Shown here one piece after another: positions 1-8,372 of a stretch of 63,214 bases of DNA (positions within the stretch are counted from its first letter, which is position 1; each line of letters opens with the position of its first letter). The position numbers were made by a program, and so were the translations under genes. The DNA comes from a virus (taxonomy: Duplodnaviria; Caudoviricetes), in the IMG/VR virus record IMGVR_UViG_3300009509_000021, positions 1-63,214 of that record. The stretch is one strand, 5' to 3'. The notes beneath the pieces were generated by a model, which saw only the letters and a program-made list of their open reading frames with translations, searched no databases and was not told where the DNA came from.

Positions 1-41
1 ATAGCCGCCATGCTGCCTCAACCTCTGGCGTGGCGCATGAT
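1..41. repeat. 41-nt terminal direct repeat (left copy); circular assembly overlap
   Basis: ATAGCCGCCATGCTGCCTCAACCTCTGGCGTGGCGCATGAT is identical to 63174-63214. Confidence 0.95.
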
Positions 42-172
42 AGCGCGAAGTCCACCTGATTAACGGGGAACTTGTTGAGGAAAAACAGTCGATCCGTCAT
101 TGCAATCAACGTATTCCACAGATGTCGCTTATCATTAACACCTAAGCGTGTAGGGTTCTCAAGTTCTTCCAT
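1..172 (-). CDS. N-terminal 57 codons of the Nmad5-like gene that continues at 63174..62605 across the circular join
   Basis: ATG at 172 preceded by AAGGAGAAGGAG; MEELENPTRLGVNDKRHLW...AAWRL reads in frame into LVGEYKN at 63174. Confidence 0.85.
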   Translation of the reverse strand, partial: MEELENPTRLGVNDKRHLWNTLIAMTDRLFFLNKFPVNQVDFALSCATPEVEAAWRL

Positions 173-185
173 ACTCCTTCTCCTT

Positions 186-1340
186 CTATTGCCAACTCCT
201 TGAGTCGTGTACCTTGATGGGAATGGTGTCACCATGCGTTGCCACCTTGTCGGATGTGCATACCCAGATAACATGGTAGCCCGGAGGATTACCGTAATCC
301 GTGTAGCCGTCTGTCAAGATGATAAGCGCGTCGGGACGGATCGCCTCTTGTTCCAGCTTGTCGAAGATTGCTGGCATATGGGTGCCACCACCACCTTCAG
401 GCTTGTAGTCAAGCAACTCACCAATATCCTGCAACTCATGTGGACCGTGGGCTTCCGTATCGCACGAGCCAATGTATGCAGTCATAGGTTTAAGCTCAGT
501 CAGGATCGCGTGCATTTCACCAAAGAAGTGAGACATTTCTTGATCGCTAACGGAGCCGGACGTATCTACAAACATGGCGATAGTGCCAACTTGGTAGCTC
601 TCAGTACCCGGCCAGTAAACGTGTGGCGAAATAGCGAGCCGTCGCCTGTTAGGACGCGCCCATGTTGATGCGTCCTTACCAGCAGTACGGTGCAGCGCCA
701 GCTTGACGGCCTCTTTCCAGTCAACCTGCGGTTCGCAGATATCGTTGACAAGACGTTCCATACCAGCAGGGCAGTTGCCTTGCTGCTTGGCTACGTTGGC
801 CGCTGACTTGACAGCACGTTGTACCTGAGACTTAGCAGGCGGCGGTGCGTTGGGGTCAGGTGGCAAGTGAACATCCCAATTCTTATCGGCCTTGGGGTCA
901 TCAGGAACCTTGATGTAAACATCATCAGCTAGGTCATCAGCGCCGTAGTTAGGGTGATGTAGCCCACCCATCGGCATCCGACCCACGTTCGACTTGGCAA
1001 GCCAATCGTTGATGATGTAGTCAGTTGCTTGGTTCCATCGGTTGCCACTGAACTCCTTGAGGTCAGGCCCGACTCCACGATCCATATACATCTTCATGCG
1101 TGGTACGTGCTCGAAGATTACATGGCTTACCTCATGCGCGAGAACAAACACACGTTCGTCAATATCAAGTGGGTTGAACCACGTGGGATTGACGTACAAG
1201 TACTTGCCATTAGTTGCCGCTGTCGGAACAGAATCAGTTTCCTGAATCTCCAACAAATCCATCAGGATCACAGCAAAGAACGGCTGCGCATGAATGAGTC
1301 GAGACAAAGCCTCGCTCAGTTCATAGCTTCGTTTTCCCAT
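186..1340 (-). CDS. HExxH metallopeptidase-like + vWA domain protein (DUF2201-like)
   Basis: TAATNG, LAHEVSH (HExxH), C-terminal VDTSGS MIDAS motif, GGGGT, ILTDG. Confidence 0.85.
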   Translation of the reverse strand: MGKRSYELSEALSRLIHAQPFFAVILMDLLEIQETDSVPTAATNGKYLYVNPTWFNPLDIDERVFVLAHEVSHVIFEHVPRMKMYMDRGVGPDLKEFSGNRWNQATDYIINDWLAKSNVGRMPMGGLHHPNYGADDLADDVYIKVPDDPKADKNWDVHLPPDPNAPPPAKSQVQRAVKSAANVAKQQGNCPAGMERLVNDICEPQVDWKEAVKLALHRTAGKDASTWARPNRRRLAISPHVYWPGTESYQVGTIAMFVDTSGSVSDQEMSHFFGEMHAILTELKPMTAYIGSCDTEAHGPHELQDIGELLDYKPEGGGGTHMPAIFDKLEQEAIRPDALIILTDGYTDYGNPPGYHVIWVCTSDKVATHGDTIPIKVHDSRSWQ

Positions 1341-1355
1341 CTTCCTTCTCCTTTG

Positions 1356-2543
1356 TTATGCACTAAACATGAACTCATCTTCATCGAAGTCAGGTGCTTC
1401 CTGCTCCTCCTCAGACTCGTTCTCCTCATCTTCCGGTTCCTTCACACCTGCGGGGAGAATCTCTGTTGACAATGATGCCAAGAAGTTCATGTCATCTTGT
1501 GTCTGTTGATTCACCTCTGGCTGATCGTTTTCTTCCGTGACCGTAAACTCGGGGTCAATAGAATCAACGACTTGCACAGGCACTTCGCTTATTGACGTTG
1601 CGTTTGGATCTTTCAGTTCAACACCGATTGTCCACACATCATTGTCACGAACATCCTGAGCAATGGCTCTGGCCGATGACACAGCAGCGCCTGCCAAGCT
1701 CGCGTTGTCCTTGTAGGCATCAACTTCGTGCTGTAACAGGTGCGACTCAATCTTATCGGCAATCGCCTCGATCGCAGGGTTGTTGACAAAGTTCATGGAC
1801 CGAGCCATTTCTGTCAGGTGCTTGAGGTTACCGACCATAGACTTGAACAGTCTGGTCTTTTCACCAGCTACCACCTTGCTTAGCTGCGTGTCCATCCTCT
1901 CCAGTTCCTGCAATAAGCGCCGCTGCACATCCGAGAGAGCGTTCTCCATCTGTGCTGCCATGTTGCGCTCATACAAGTCCTTGAGACCAGTTGCCAGATC
2001 AGCCGGTATGTTGGTGAGCCGGTCAAAGTCTGTGGTCTCAGGAAGCGGAGTCAATGTCATTTCTGCTCCGAACAATGATGCGACCTGCGTGCGGTGCGGA
2101 TACTGTGACGGGTCGTACAGTGCACCGAGACTGACAGCAGATGCTTGGACAGCAGCGTCGTACTCATTCAAGAACTCGTTGAGTACTACTATCGCTTCAT
2201 TCTTCAGCTTGGCGAAGTCACTAAGAAAGGTGATTGACTTCACGGTTGATACAAGGCGATCACCTTTCATCGCCCCGACTGACGCAGTAGTCCACGGTGC
2301 CGTGTTCTCATAGAAGAAACTACGGATACGTGTAAACGCTGCGGCGGTCTCCTTCAGCTTAGCGTCATTGCCCGCCAGCAGATTCTTGACGACAGAAGCT
2401 GCGTTAGACACAGCACCCTTGTCGGCAAGCAGTTCCACGGTTGCGTTCTTGTCGGTCTTACGGCCCGACCAGATGCGAACGTGGAGCTTAGCCAGCATAT
2501 AGTTATTGGCAAGAGCTTCACCAATGTTGACTTTCTCATCCAT
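1356..2543 (-). CDS. Conserved helical phage protein (DUF3150-like) with acidic tail
   Basis: 395 aa, strong RBS, lies between MoxR ATPase and vWA genes; family call from context and memory only. Confidence 0.5.
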   Translation of the reverse strand: MDEKVNIGEALANNYMLAKLHVRIWSGRKTDKNATVELLADKGAVSNAASVVKNLLAGNDAKLKETAAAFTRIRSFFYENTAPWTTASVGAMKGDRLVSTVKSITFLSDFAKLKNEAIVVLNEFLNEYDAAVQASAVSLGALYDPSQYPHRTQVASLFGAEMTLTPLPETTDFDRLTNIPADLATGLKDLYERNMAAQMENALSDVQRRLLQELERMDTQLSKVVAGEKTRLFKSMVGNLKHLTEMARSMNFVNNPAIEAIADKIESHLLQHEVDAYKDNASLAGAAVSSARAIAQDVRDNDVWTIGVELKDPNATSISEVPVQVVDSIDPEFTVTEENDQPEVNQQTQDDMNFLASLSTEILPAGVKEPEDEENESEEEQEAPDFDEDEFMFSA

Positions 2544-2567
2544 AATGGACTCTCCTTTGTTGCAGGG

Positions 2568-3659
2568 TTAGTACGTGGTCTGAAGAACCAGCGCACGATT
2601 CTTGGCAATCCACTTGCCGAGCCTCGGGCTGTTGAGAAGCTGACCACCTGACTTCTCAAGCATGGACTTGGCAGCACTCGTCTGAAGTTCCAGCGGCAAG
2701 CGCTCAGTCCACTCCCAGATCGCGTCGATGTTCTTGGCATCAGCGTGGTGCAAGCACAACTGCACACCAGCGTATGCCGCGTCGAGTCGATCCGGTGCCT
2801 TGGCCTTCTTGGGGTCTTTCAGAATCTGCTCAATCGTGGGCAGATCATCAGCGACCTTGAGGAAGGCAAACAACTCTGTGGCAGCACCATCACCAATGTA
2901 CCCTCCCACGAACTCCTGACTAACATGGTCAGTCACGATCTTCATGTTGGGGTGCCCATCGGCATCAGTACCTGCCACGTTCTTGAGGAAGTCCCATGCC
3001 ATCGTGTAGGAACGTGGCGTGTTGTAGGGCTTCGGCTCAGACGGAACCTCCTTTGCAAAGATTCCGGGGTGTGCCTTGGCAAAGGCAATACCCATTGGGT
3101 GCATCTTGTGTTTCTCCCACCAGTGTGCCGACGAGTCGATATCAAAATCGACTTCGATGGTCACCTCGCGGTTGATAAGATGCATTGGTGGGCGAATGAC
3201 AGCACTCTTGTCAGAGAGTCGGTTACTTGTGGAAATAACACGCCACCCCGGTGGTAGCCGATGCTCTCCAAACTTGCCGTCAAGGACTACGGGACCAAGT
3301 GCAGTCTGTGTAAGCAACTGCGCCTGCGACCGTTCATCCAGCACCATGATTCCTCTTGGATGCTTGGCAAGATACTCCTCGCTCGGCATGATCGCCGGTC
3401 GTGTGAAGTAGCTGATACCTTTGCCGTCCTTGTCCTTGGATGGGACGAGAAACCCTCGTGCATCCGGCGCGTCGATGGTCGTGCAAACTTCTTCACGCTT
3501 ACCAAACTGCTCACCGAAGTGCTCAGACAGTATGCGCGGAAAGTCATGCAAGGCGACTGTCGTCTTGCCGCAACCCGGAGGACCGATCAAGTGGAGCGAG
3601 GTGTTGGACTCGTACCAGTTGACGATGGTCTGGGGTTTGTTGAGGTCTTTCATAAGCAT
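2568..3659 (-). CDS. MoxR/CbbQ-like AAA+ ATPase
   Basis: Walker A GPPGCGKT, Walker B MVLDE, TSNR, TPRS; start chosen at ATG 3659 after GGAAAAGGAG. Confidence 0.85.
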   Translation of the reverse strand: MLMKDLNKPQTIVNWYESNTSLHLIGPPGCGKTTVALHDFPRILSEHFGEQFGKREEVCTTIDAPDARGFLVPSKDKDGKGISYFTRPAIMPSEEYLAKHPRGIMVLDERSQAQLLTQTALGPVVLDGKFGEHRLPPGWRVISTSNRLSDKSAVIRPPMHLINREVTIEVDFDIDSSAHWWEKHKMHPMGIAFAKAHPGIFAKEVPSEPKPYNTPRSYTMAWDFLKNVAGTDADGHPNMKIVTDHVSQEFVGGYIGDGAATELFAFLKVADDLPTIEQILKDPKKAKAPDRLDAAYAGVQLCLHHADAKNIDAIWEWTERLPLELQTSAAKSMLEKSGGQLLNSPRLGKWIAKNRALVLQTTY

Positions 3660-3730
3660 AATGCTTCTCCTTTTCCATTGTGACCCGATGGGAATATTGA
3701 CGTTGGGTGGGTCATGTCTCAACGTCAACA

Positions 3731-3780
3731 GTGAGTATAACATACTCACATAGAATGTCTACTGACAAGGACTTGTCAGT
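3731..3780 (-). promoter_or_regulatory. sigma70-like promoter for the ATPase module overlapped by two palindromes
   Basis: Minus strand TAGACA-16nt-TATACT with extended TGn; inverted repeats GTGAGTAT-aac-ATACTCAC (3731-3749) and ACTGACAAG-ga-CTTGTCAGT (3761-3780). Confidence 0.55.
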
Positions 3781-3982
3781 GGTAGGTACGTACTTCAGCC
3801 ATCGCACGCACTACGTCAATAGCGGTGGCTGTATCCACGATGTATCCGTAGAACTCAAACTCTGCTTCGTTGTTCTCAATAGCTTGACGAGTAGCGATCT
3901 TAAACTCCGCTTCCATCTCGTCCGTCGCTATCGACAACATGCCCGTCTCGTTGTTGTAGATATCAGGCGGTTGGCTACTCAT
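3776..3982 (-). CDS. Hypothetical acidic protein
   Basis: 68 aa, ATGA overlap with upstream gene. Confidence 0.6.
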   Translation of the reverse strand: MSSQPPDIYNNETGMLSIATDEMEAEFKIATRQAIENNEAEFEFYGYIVDTATAIDVVRAMAEVRTYH

Positions 3983-4305
3983 CGCAACATCTCCCTCAAC
4001 TCCTCAAGGTCTAAATCCTCAAGTTTACGCTTGCTGTCCACGAACCTAGCATATGCTCGTAAGTCGTGCATCTCTTGGAAGCTGAGACCTTTGGATACCA
4101 TTTCCAAGAAGGCCAAGCGGTGTGCTGCGTACTTCACAGTATCAGCCAGATGCGCAAGACCTTGGCGACTCATATCCATCGCCAACCATTTCTCGCGGTC
4201 CCTGTCGTACTTCTCAAGCGCTTTGACAAGACGCTGATGTTCTTGAAAGCATCTCGTGACTAAGACGATACCCGCCTCGTCCGTAGAGTCCTTTGAAACA
4301 GCCAT
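3979..4305 (-). CDS. Hypothetical protein
   Basis: Start MAVSKD after GGAGATGGAGGAGGA. Confidence 0.6.
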   Translation of the reverse strand: MAVSKDSTDEAGIVLVTRCFQEHQRLVKALEKYDRDREKWLAMDMSRQGLAHLADTVKYAAHRLAFLEMVSKGLSFQEMHDLRAYARFVDSKRKLEDLDLEELREMLR

Positions 4306-4513
4306 GACGTTCCTCCTCCATCTCCTGACTACCACGTGGCAAGTCAGCGCAAGCACAATGCTCGGCTGGCGTGATAGCGCGTACTGACACGCGGGTGTCG
4401 CGTGCTTGCTCAATAGCCCACAGTATCCACAAGAATATAAGTGTGCCTCCAATCAATACACCAAGGGCTGCCAATCCCGGTGCTGTGAAATTGCGCCTGA
4501 ACCAATTAATCAT
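4214..4513 (-). CDS. Small membrane protein
   Basis: One hydrophobic segment GLAALGVLIGGTLIFLWILWAI; ATGA-coupled to upstream gene. Confidence 0.5.
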   Translation of the reverse strand: MINWFRRNFTAPGLAALGVLIGGTLIFLWILWAIEQARDTRVSVRAITPAEHCACADLPRGSQEMEEERHGCFKGLYGRGGYRLSHEMLSRTSASCQSA

Positions 4514-4743
4514 TGCATCCTCTCCATCATTTGTCCGTATGCTCCTGACTCAAAGCACTTGTTCTCACGCTTCATGTTCTCTCGCGTATCTTCTACCCAC
4601 ACTCCACCATTGCGAAGACACCATGCTTTGTGCTCACGTTCTTGCTGTCTTGCGTAATAGCGGTCCCATTGCTCTACGGTCTGGGGCGTTGTTGAACACG
4701 CACACAGTACTGCAAAGACGATAAGGCTACCTAACATCTTCAT
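4510..4743 (-). CDS. Putative lipoprotein
   Basis: MK + hydrophobic stretch + lipobox-like LCAC-S. Confidence 0.6.
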   Translation of the reverse strand: MKMLGSLIVFAVLCACSTTPQTVEQWDRYYARQQEREHKAWCLRNGGVWVEDTRENMKRENKCFESGAYGQMMERMQ

Positions 4744-5167
4744 CGTATAATCCCTCCCTCAAGGATCGAGTAAAACCGTGGTCTTTTCCCCACTCTCCAA
4801 TCATCTTATCGTGAGCGATCTGCTCATGGATGTGATCTGCTGATAATGCTTTCGCTCGCAGCCAATCGTTACTCTTGACGGCTCTGTCCAGCTCCATCGT
4901 GTAATTACGCTCTACTGCCAACATCCTGTAGACAAGTGCCAGTTCTTTGACAGCCTCATTTGTTGACACGAAGTTCCTGAGTTCTTCAGCCTCATCGTCA
5001 CTCAAGAGCGCATACACCCTCAGGTAGTTTTCCTGTTGCAGCATCTTGCGTGCTTCACGGAGCGTTGCCTGATAGTAGCGCACCTTACCCTCAAGCTCGG
5101 TGATTGATGCCAACAACTTGTCACGATAAGCACGCAGCTTGAGTACCTTGGCGTTTCGTCTAGCCAT
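4727..5167 (-). CDS. Hypothetical coiled-coil protein
   Basis: 146 aa, TAATG coupling, GGGAGGGAG RBS. Confidence 0.65.
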   Translation of the reverse strand: MARRNAKVLKLRAYRDKLLASITELEGKVRYYQATLREARKMLQQENYLRVYALLSDDEAEELRNFVSTNEAVKELALVYRMLAVERNYTMELDRAVKSNDWLRAKALSADHIHEQIAHDKMIGEWGKDHGFTRSLREGLYDEDVR

Positions 5168-5490
5168 TACTCCCTCCCGTATGTGCTGTTCTGAATGGCA
5201 AAGAGCAGCACGTTCCTACACTGGCGTACTTGTTCCACAGGCCAGCGATCTGGATTGTCAGGCAACTCATTGAGAACATCGAAGGTCTCCATGATTGCCT
5301 CGTGGTTACGACGTCGTTCGTCATCCAGTTTGTTCCATTGAGCCTTGATAGCCTCAAAGTTGGTAAGAGCCTCACGATACGCTTCGTGGGCCTTGTAAGC
5401 ACGTTCACGCCACAGCATCCACTTGTGAAAGCTGTACCCTATCGCAAGCCCCATTGCTGCGATTGCTATGCTGATTACATCCATCTCCAT
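5167..5490 (-). CDS. Membrane-anchored coiled-coil protein
   Basis: N-terminal TM segment; AAGGAG upstream; exact start uncertain. Confidence 0.6.
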   Translation of the reverse strand: MEMDVISIAIAAMGLAIGYSFHKWMLWRERAYKAHEAYREALTNFEAIKAQWNKLDDERRRNHEAIMETFDVLNELPDNPDRWPVEQVRQCRNVLLFAIQNSTYGRE

Positions 5491-5524
5491 CTCCTTGTTG
5501 ACAGCGAACAAATAAGGATTATTA

Positions 5525-5672
5525 AGATAAGAGCAGTTTACGGCTGGTTTTCAGAGGCCAGTCTCGCTCGCCAGTCATGCTCAGGACCGTGGGCCAATGC
5601 TGATGATACAAGCGCACCCGGCGGGTACACGTGGCCCTATACACCCGGCCTACCACTCCCAAATGAGTGGTG
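5525..5672 (-). ncRNA. Candidate structured intergenic RNA (hairpin plus two H-type pseudoknots)
   Basis: Pairings read by eye: ACCACUC/GAGUGGU; CGGGUGUAU/GUGUACCCG with loop GGGCCA pairing to UGGCCC; CGGUC/GACUG with loop GAGCA pairing to UGCUC. Confidence 0.45.
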
Positions 5673-5681
5673 CCTTGGTGA

Positions 5682-6116
5682 TTACGTCTTGCTTGAAGCG
5701 GTGCGGAACTCAGCAATGATTGCCAGCGCACGCTCCACATCTCCGAGGATGATCTCATCCTTCGCTTCCTCATACATCTCACGCAGCTTCTTGGCACGCT
5801 TGTCCCATGCTGCGAGCTTGGCATCAGCCGGTGCGACGTATGCCTTGCTCAAGACATCATCCAACTCGTTCATCAGGTGGTAGCTGATCTCGTGCGTCCA
5901 CCTGCCTCCGTCGCGCCTGATCTCAGCCTCGAACGCCGTGATAGCGCGTTTCACCAAGGCTGGTGTGACCTTGACCTTGCCAGTACGCATCAGTTCTGCC
6001 CTGCCGATCTTATCCGCGTCGGGATCTGGTTTCGGGCGTTCGCCAAGCACATTGTAGTATGCTTCCTGCAAACGGGTCAGCGCGTGATCCATCTGTGACT
6101 TCATCATTCTTGCCAT
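5682..6116 (-). CDS. Hypothetical protein
   Basis: Start MARMMK after GGAGAAGGAGAAAGGA. Confidence 0.65.
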   Translation of the reverse strand: MARMMKSQMDHALTRLQEAYYNVLGERPKPDPDADKIGRAELMRTGKVKVTPALVKRAITAFEAEIRRDGGRWTHEISYHLMNELDDVLSKAYVAPADAKLAAWDKRAKKLREMYEEAKDEIILGDVERALAIIAEFRTASSKT

Positions 6117-6172
6117 TTCCTTTCTCCTTCTCCATCGTCGTTGGTGAGCATACATTACTCACGTTAAGAACA

Positions 6173-6559
6173 CTAGACTCCATACCCACCTGTGCGCTTC
6201 TTGATGTGACGCATCTGTATGACGGTGCGTATCTCTCGCGGTGAAGCGCCGAGTAGGGATTGGTTGCCATACACCTCGTCAATGTAGACACCCGGATAAA
6301 CATGATAGTAGTCTTGCGGCCTGTACCCATGACCGCAATGCGTTTGATGTAGATTTGTTCCCAACCTCTTGGGAGGAAGGTTGGTGTATCGCTTGTTTCG
6401 CTCCTCTAGCTCGTCGTAGTTCTCCCCCCTTGCTTGAGGAGTGCCGATGTTTCTCTTGAAGCTCGCATCCATACACCCAAGCCAGATACTCACCCATGAA
6501 TCTATGGACGCTTGCGGGTCTGGTCGCTTGTATCCCACGGCGTATCCTCCTTGCTCCAC
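6173..6559 (-). CDS. Hypothetical protein
   Basis: Fills the gap in the early operon; start uncertain. Confidence 0.4.
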   Translation of the reverse strand: MEQGGYAVGYKRPDPQASIDSWVSIWLGCMDASFKRNIGTPQARGENYDELEERNKRYTNLPPKRLGTNLHQTHCGHGYRPQDYYHVYPGVYIDEVYGNQSLLGASPREIRTVIQMRHIKKRTGGYGV

Positions 6560-6714
6560 GCAATGATATTATCTTCATTGGCTCTGAGCCAGATCATAAA
6601 CTCTGGTTGGTGAATGAGAGTGCCGTTAGTGTTGACAAGGAGTTGTCTGACAGCACTCAGTTGTGCCCGGACTGGGAGTGTGCGCAGTTGTTTCCAGAAG
6701 TCCATGCTAGTCAC
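6502..6714 (-). CDS. Hypothetical protein
   Basis: 70 aa, overlaps upstream stop. Confidence 0.5.
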   Translation of the reverse strand: MTSMDFWKQLRTLPVRAQLSAVRQLLVNTNGTLIHQPEFMIWLRANEDNIIAWSKEDTPWDTSDQTRKRP

Positions 6715-7117
6715 CTCCCCATCGCTCAGTTAGTGCCACGACCCTGAGAAGATCACCACTCAGCGCCGCCCGCCTGATCTCACCGAGGTGCGAGTCCATT
6801 GTGGCCAAGCGTTTGCTCAGATCCTTGTGGAACTGCGCATTGCTGTGTGCTGTACGTTGCCACATGGATAGCTGCGCGGTCTTGTGCCTGATCTCTGCCT
6901 TCTGCCGCTTGACCTTTGCTCCCAAGCTCTTGGTGAGATCATACCACCTGTTCTCAGGCACGTGACGTATGATCTTGAGATACGCCTGTATCTCTTGCAG
7001 TTCGGTGGCCTGACGGTTGATACGCATGAGACAGTCCTGCAACAACGCTGTAAAGCCCGAGTTCTTGGAGCCATACATGGCCGACTGTATCCTGTCGGTC
7101 AGGCGGTCAGTAATCAC
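6707..7117 (-). CDS. Hypothetical coiled-coil protein
   Basis: 136 aa, GTGA coupling. Confidence 0.6.
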   Translation of the reverse strand: MITDRLTDRIQSAMYGSKNSGFTALLQDCLMRINRQATELQEIQAYLKIIRHVPENRWYDLTKSLGAKVKRQKAEIRHKTAQLSMWQRTAHSNAQFHKDLSKRLATMDSHLGEIRRAALSGDLLRVVALTERWGGD

Positions 7118-7338
7118 GAGTCATCGACCAACTCAAGCTGGTCGCCCCCGAGCCTGCGTATCACTGTGGTCTGCCCCATCTCAGGCTCCTGAGAAGTACA
7201 GGTATCACAGGCGCAGTAAGCGTCATCGAACTTGGTCTCGCCCGATGCCTCTGCCACCTTGAGAAGAAACATCACCAGTTCACAGTGATCTTCGTCGTCG
7301 TTATCCAACGCTATTGCGATGTCCTTGATCTTTCCCAT
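7114..7338 (-). CDS. Small Cys-containing acidic protein
   Basis: CACDTC motif; RBS AAGGAGAAGGAAG. Confidence 0.6.
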   Translation of the reverse strand: MGKIKDIAIALDNDDEDHCELVMFLLKVAEASGETKFDDAYCACDTCTSQEPEMGQTTVIRRLGGDQLELVDDS

Positions 7339-7358
7339 CTTCCTTCTCCTTGCTGTCG

Positions 7359-7805
7359 TTACTTGGTGCAGTACGGTGCACCAAGGCGTGAAGCAGCTTC
7401 GTAGATAGACTCGGATCGTGCTGCTCCACTATCCTGAATAGCCCTTCCCACGTGCCCGTATCCATGATTCAACTCCTCCTTGAGTGTCTCTGCCATGATG
7501 AGCGCAAGCGCTGCGTGCCCATCCTTGATGCGGTTGTGTATCCCGGTGGCGATGCGGTGCCACCGTTGCACCTGAGCATCCCGCATGATCGCAGACTTGC
7601 CAGCCCCCGGCGTGATAGCGCGCATCGGCTCACGCCAGTGTGCATTGGCCAGCTTGGTCTCAAGCTCACCAATACGCTCAGCCTGACGCTGGATGGTCTC
7701 GCGCATTTCGATAATCTGGCTTGAGGCATCTGCCAACATTTCTTCGATGGCTACACGTGCGTGCCTTAGTGCAGCTATGCCTTGGTCTTGCGTGATTTTA
7801 CCCAC
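7359..7805 (-). CDS. Hypothetical coiled-coil protein
   Basis: GTG start (MGKITQDQG) after AAGGAG. Confidence 0.6.
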   Translation of the reverse strand: MGKITQDQGIAALRHARVAIEEMLADASSQIIEMRETIQRQAERIGELETKLANAHWREPMRAITPGAGKSAIMRDAQVQRWHRIATGIHNRIKDGHAALALIMAETLKEELNHGYGHVGRAIQDSGAARSESIYEAASRLGAPYCTK

Positions 7806-7995
7806 AGTACTTCTCCTTGATGTCGTCGTCGTGATAGATGAAAAGCCACGCCATGTATGCGTAGCACTCTTGGTAATTACTTGTGGCCTTTGTCTCCAAT
7901 GTCTTGAGAGCATCGAGTGCATCTTCTTTGGAGAGGCGTCCGTCTGCGTACTGTGCATTGACGAGACGTACCATTTCGCAGATTGTCATGTTCAC
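7798..7995 (-). CDS. Hypothetical protein
   Basis: 65 aa, CAGGAG RBS. Confidence 0.55.
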   Translation of the reverse strand: MNMTICEMVRLVNAQYADGRLSKEDALDALKTLETKATSNYQECYAYMAWLFIYHDDDIKEKYCG

Positions 7996-8018
7996 ACACT
8001 CCTGTGAGCAAGGTATTT

Positions 8019-8369
8019 AAATGTCCGGACATTTGCCTTTAAATGTCCACGCCATTTCGTGCGCATGTTATTGATGTGACAGGTAGATTTGCTTAAATGT
8101 CCAAATGTCCACGTGTTTTTGAGAGAGTATAGGTAGTACTTCACGGTTATGCGGTTTTACGTGCGCACACATCACCGCTAGACCAACGCCAAAAACGTTA
8201 TCTCCCTTTTATTATTATGGACATTTGGACATTTAATAATAATAGGGCATTTTATTGCTATGATTTCAACAACTTGAAATGTCCACGCGGGTTGGACATT
8301 TCAGGGGGTCTGCTGGACATTTAAATTTTATACCTTTGGGGTCAGATACTTACACACGTTTAAATGTCC
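8019..8369. repeat. Array of 11 AAATGTCC/GGACATTT octamers; putative replication origin
   Basis: Exact copies at 8019, 8027, 8041, 8095, 8103, 8219, 8227, 8278, 8294, 8315, 8362 in both orientations, in AT-rich non-coding DNA. Confidence 0.8.
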
Positions 8370-8372
8370 AAG

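Noticed and set aside
1-41. 41-nt repeat as a biological terminal repeat or att site
   Set aside because: It falls mid-gene and looks like an assembler overlap; no integrase is present.
5590-5650. Pistol ribozyme (UAGGGCCACG resembles pistol P1/loop)
   Set aside because: The conserved AAAUA linker and P2/P3 arrangement are missing; kept only as an unclassified pseudoknot.
8019-8369. CRISPR or mini-CRISPR array
   Set aside because: Repeats are only 8 nt, occur in both orientations and are irregularly spaced; no cas operon.
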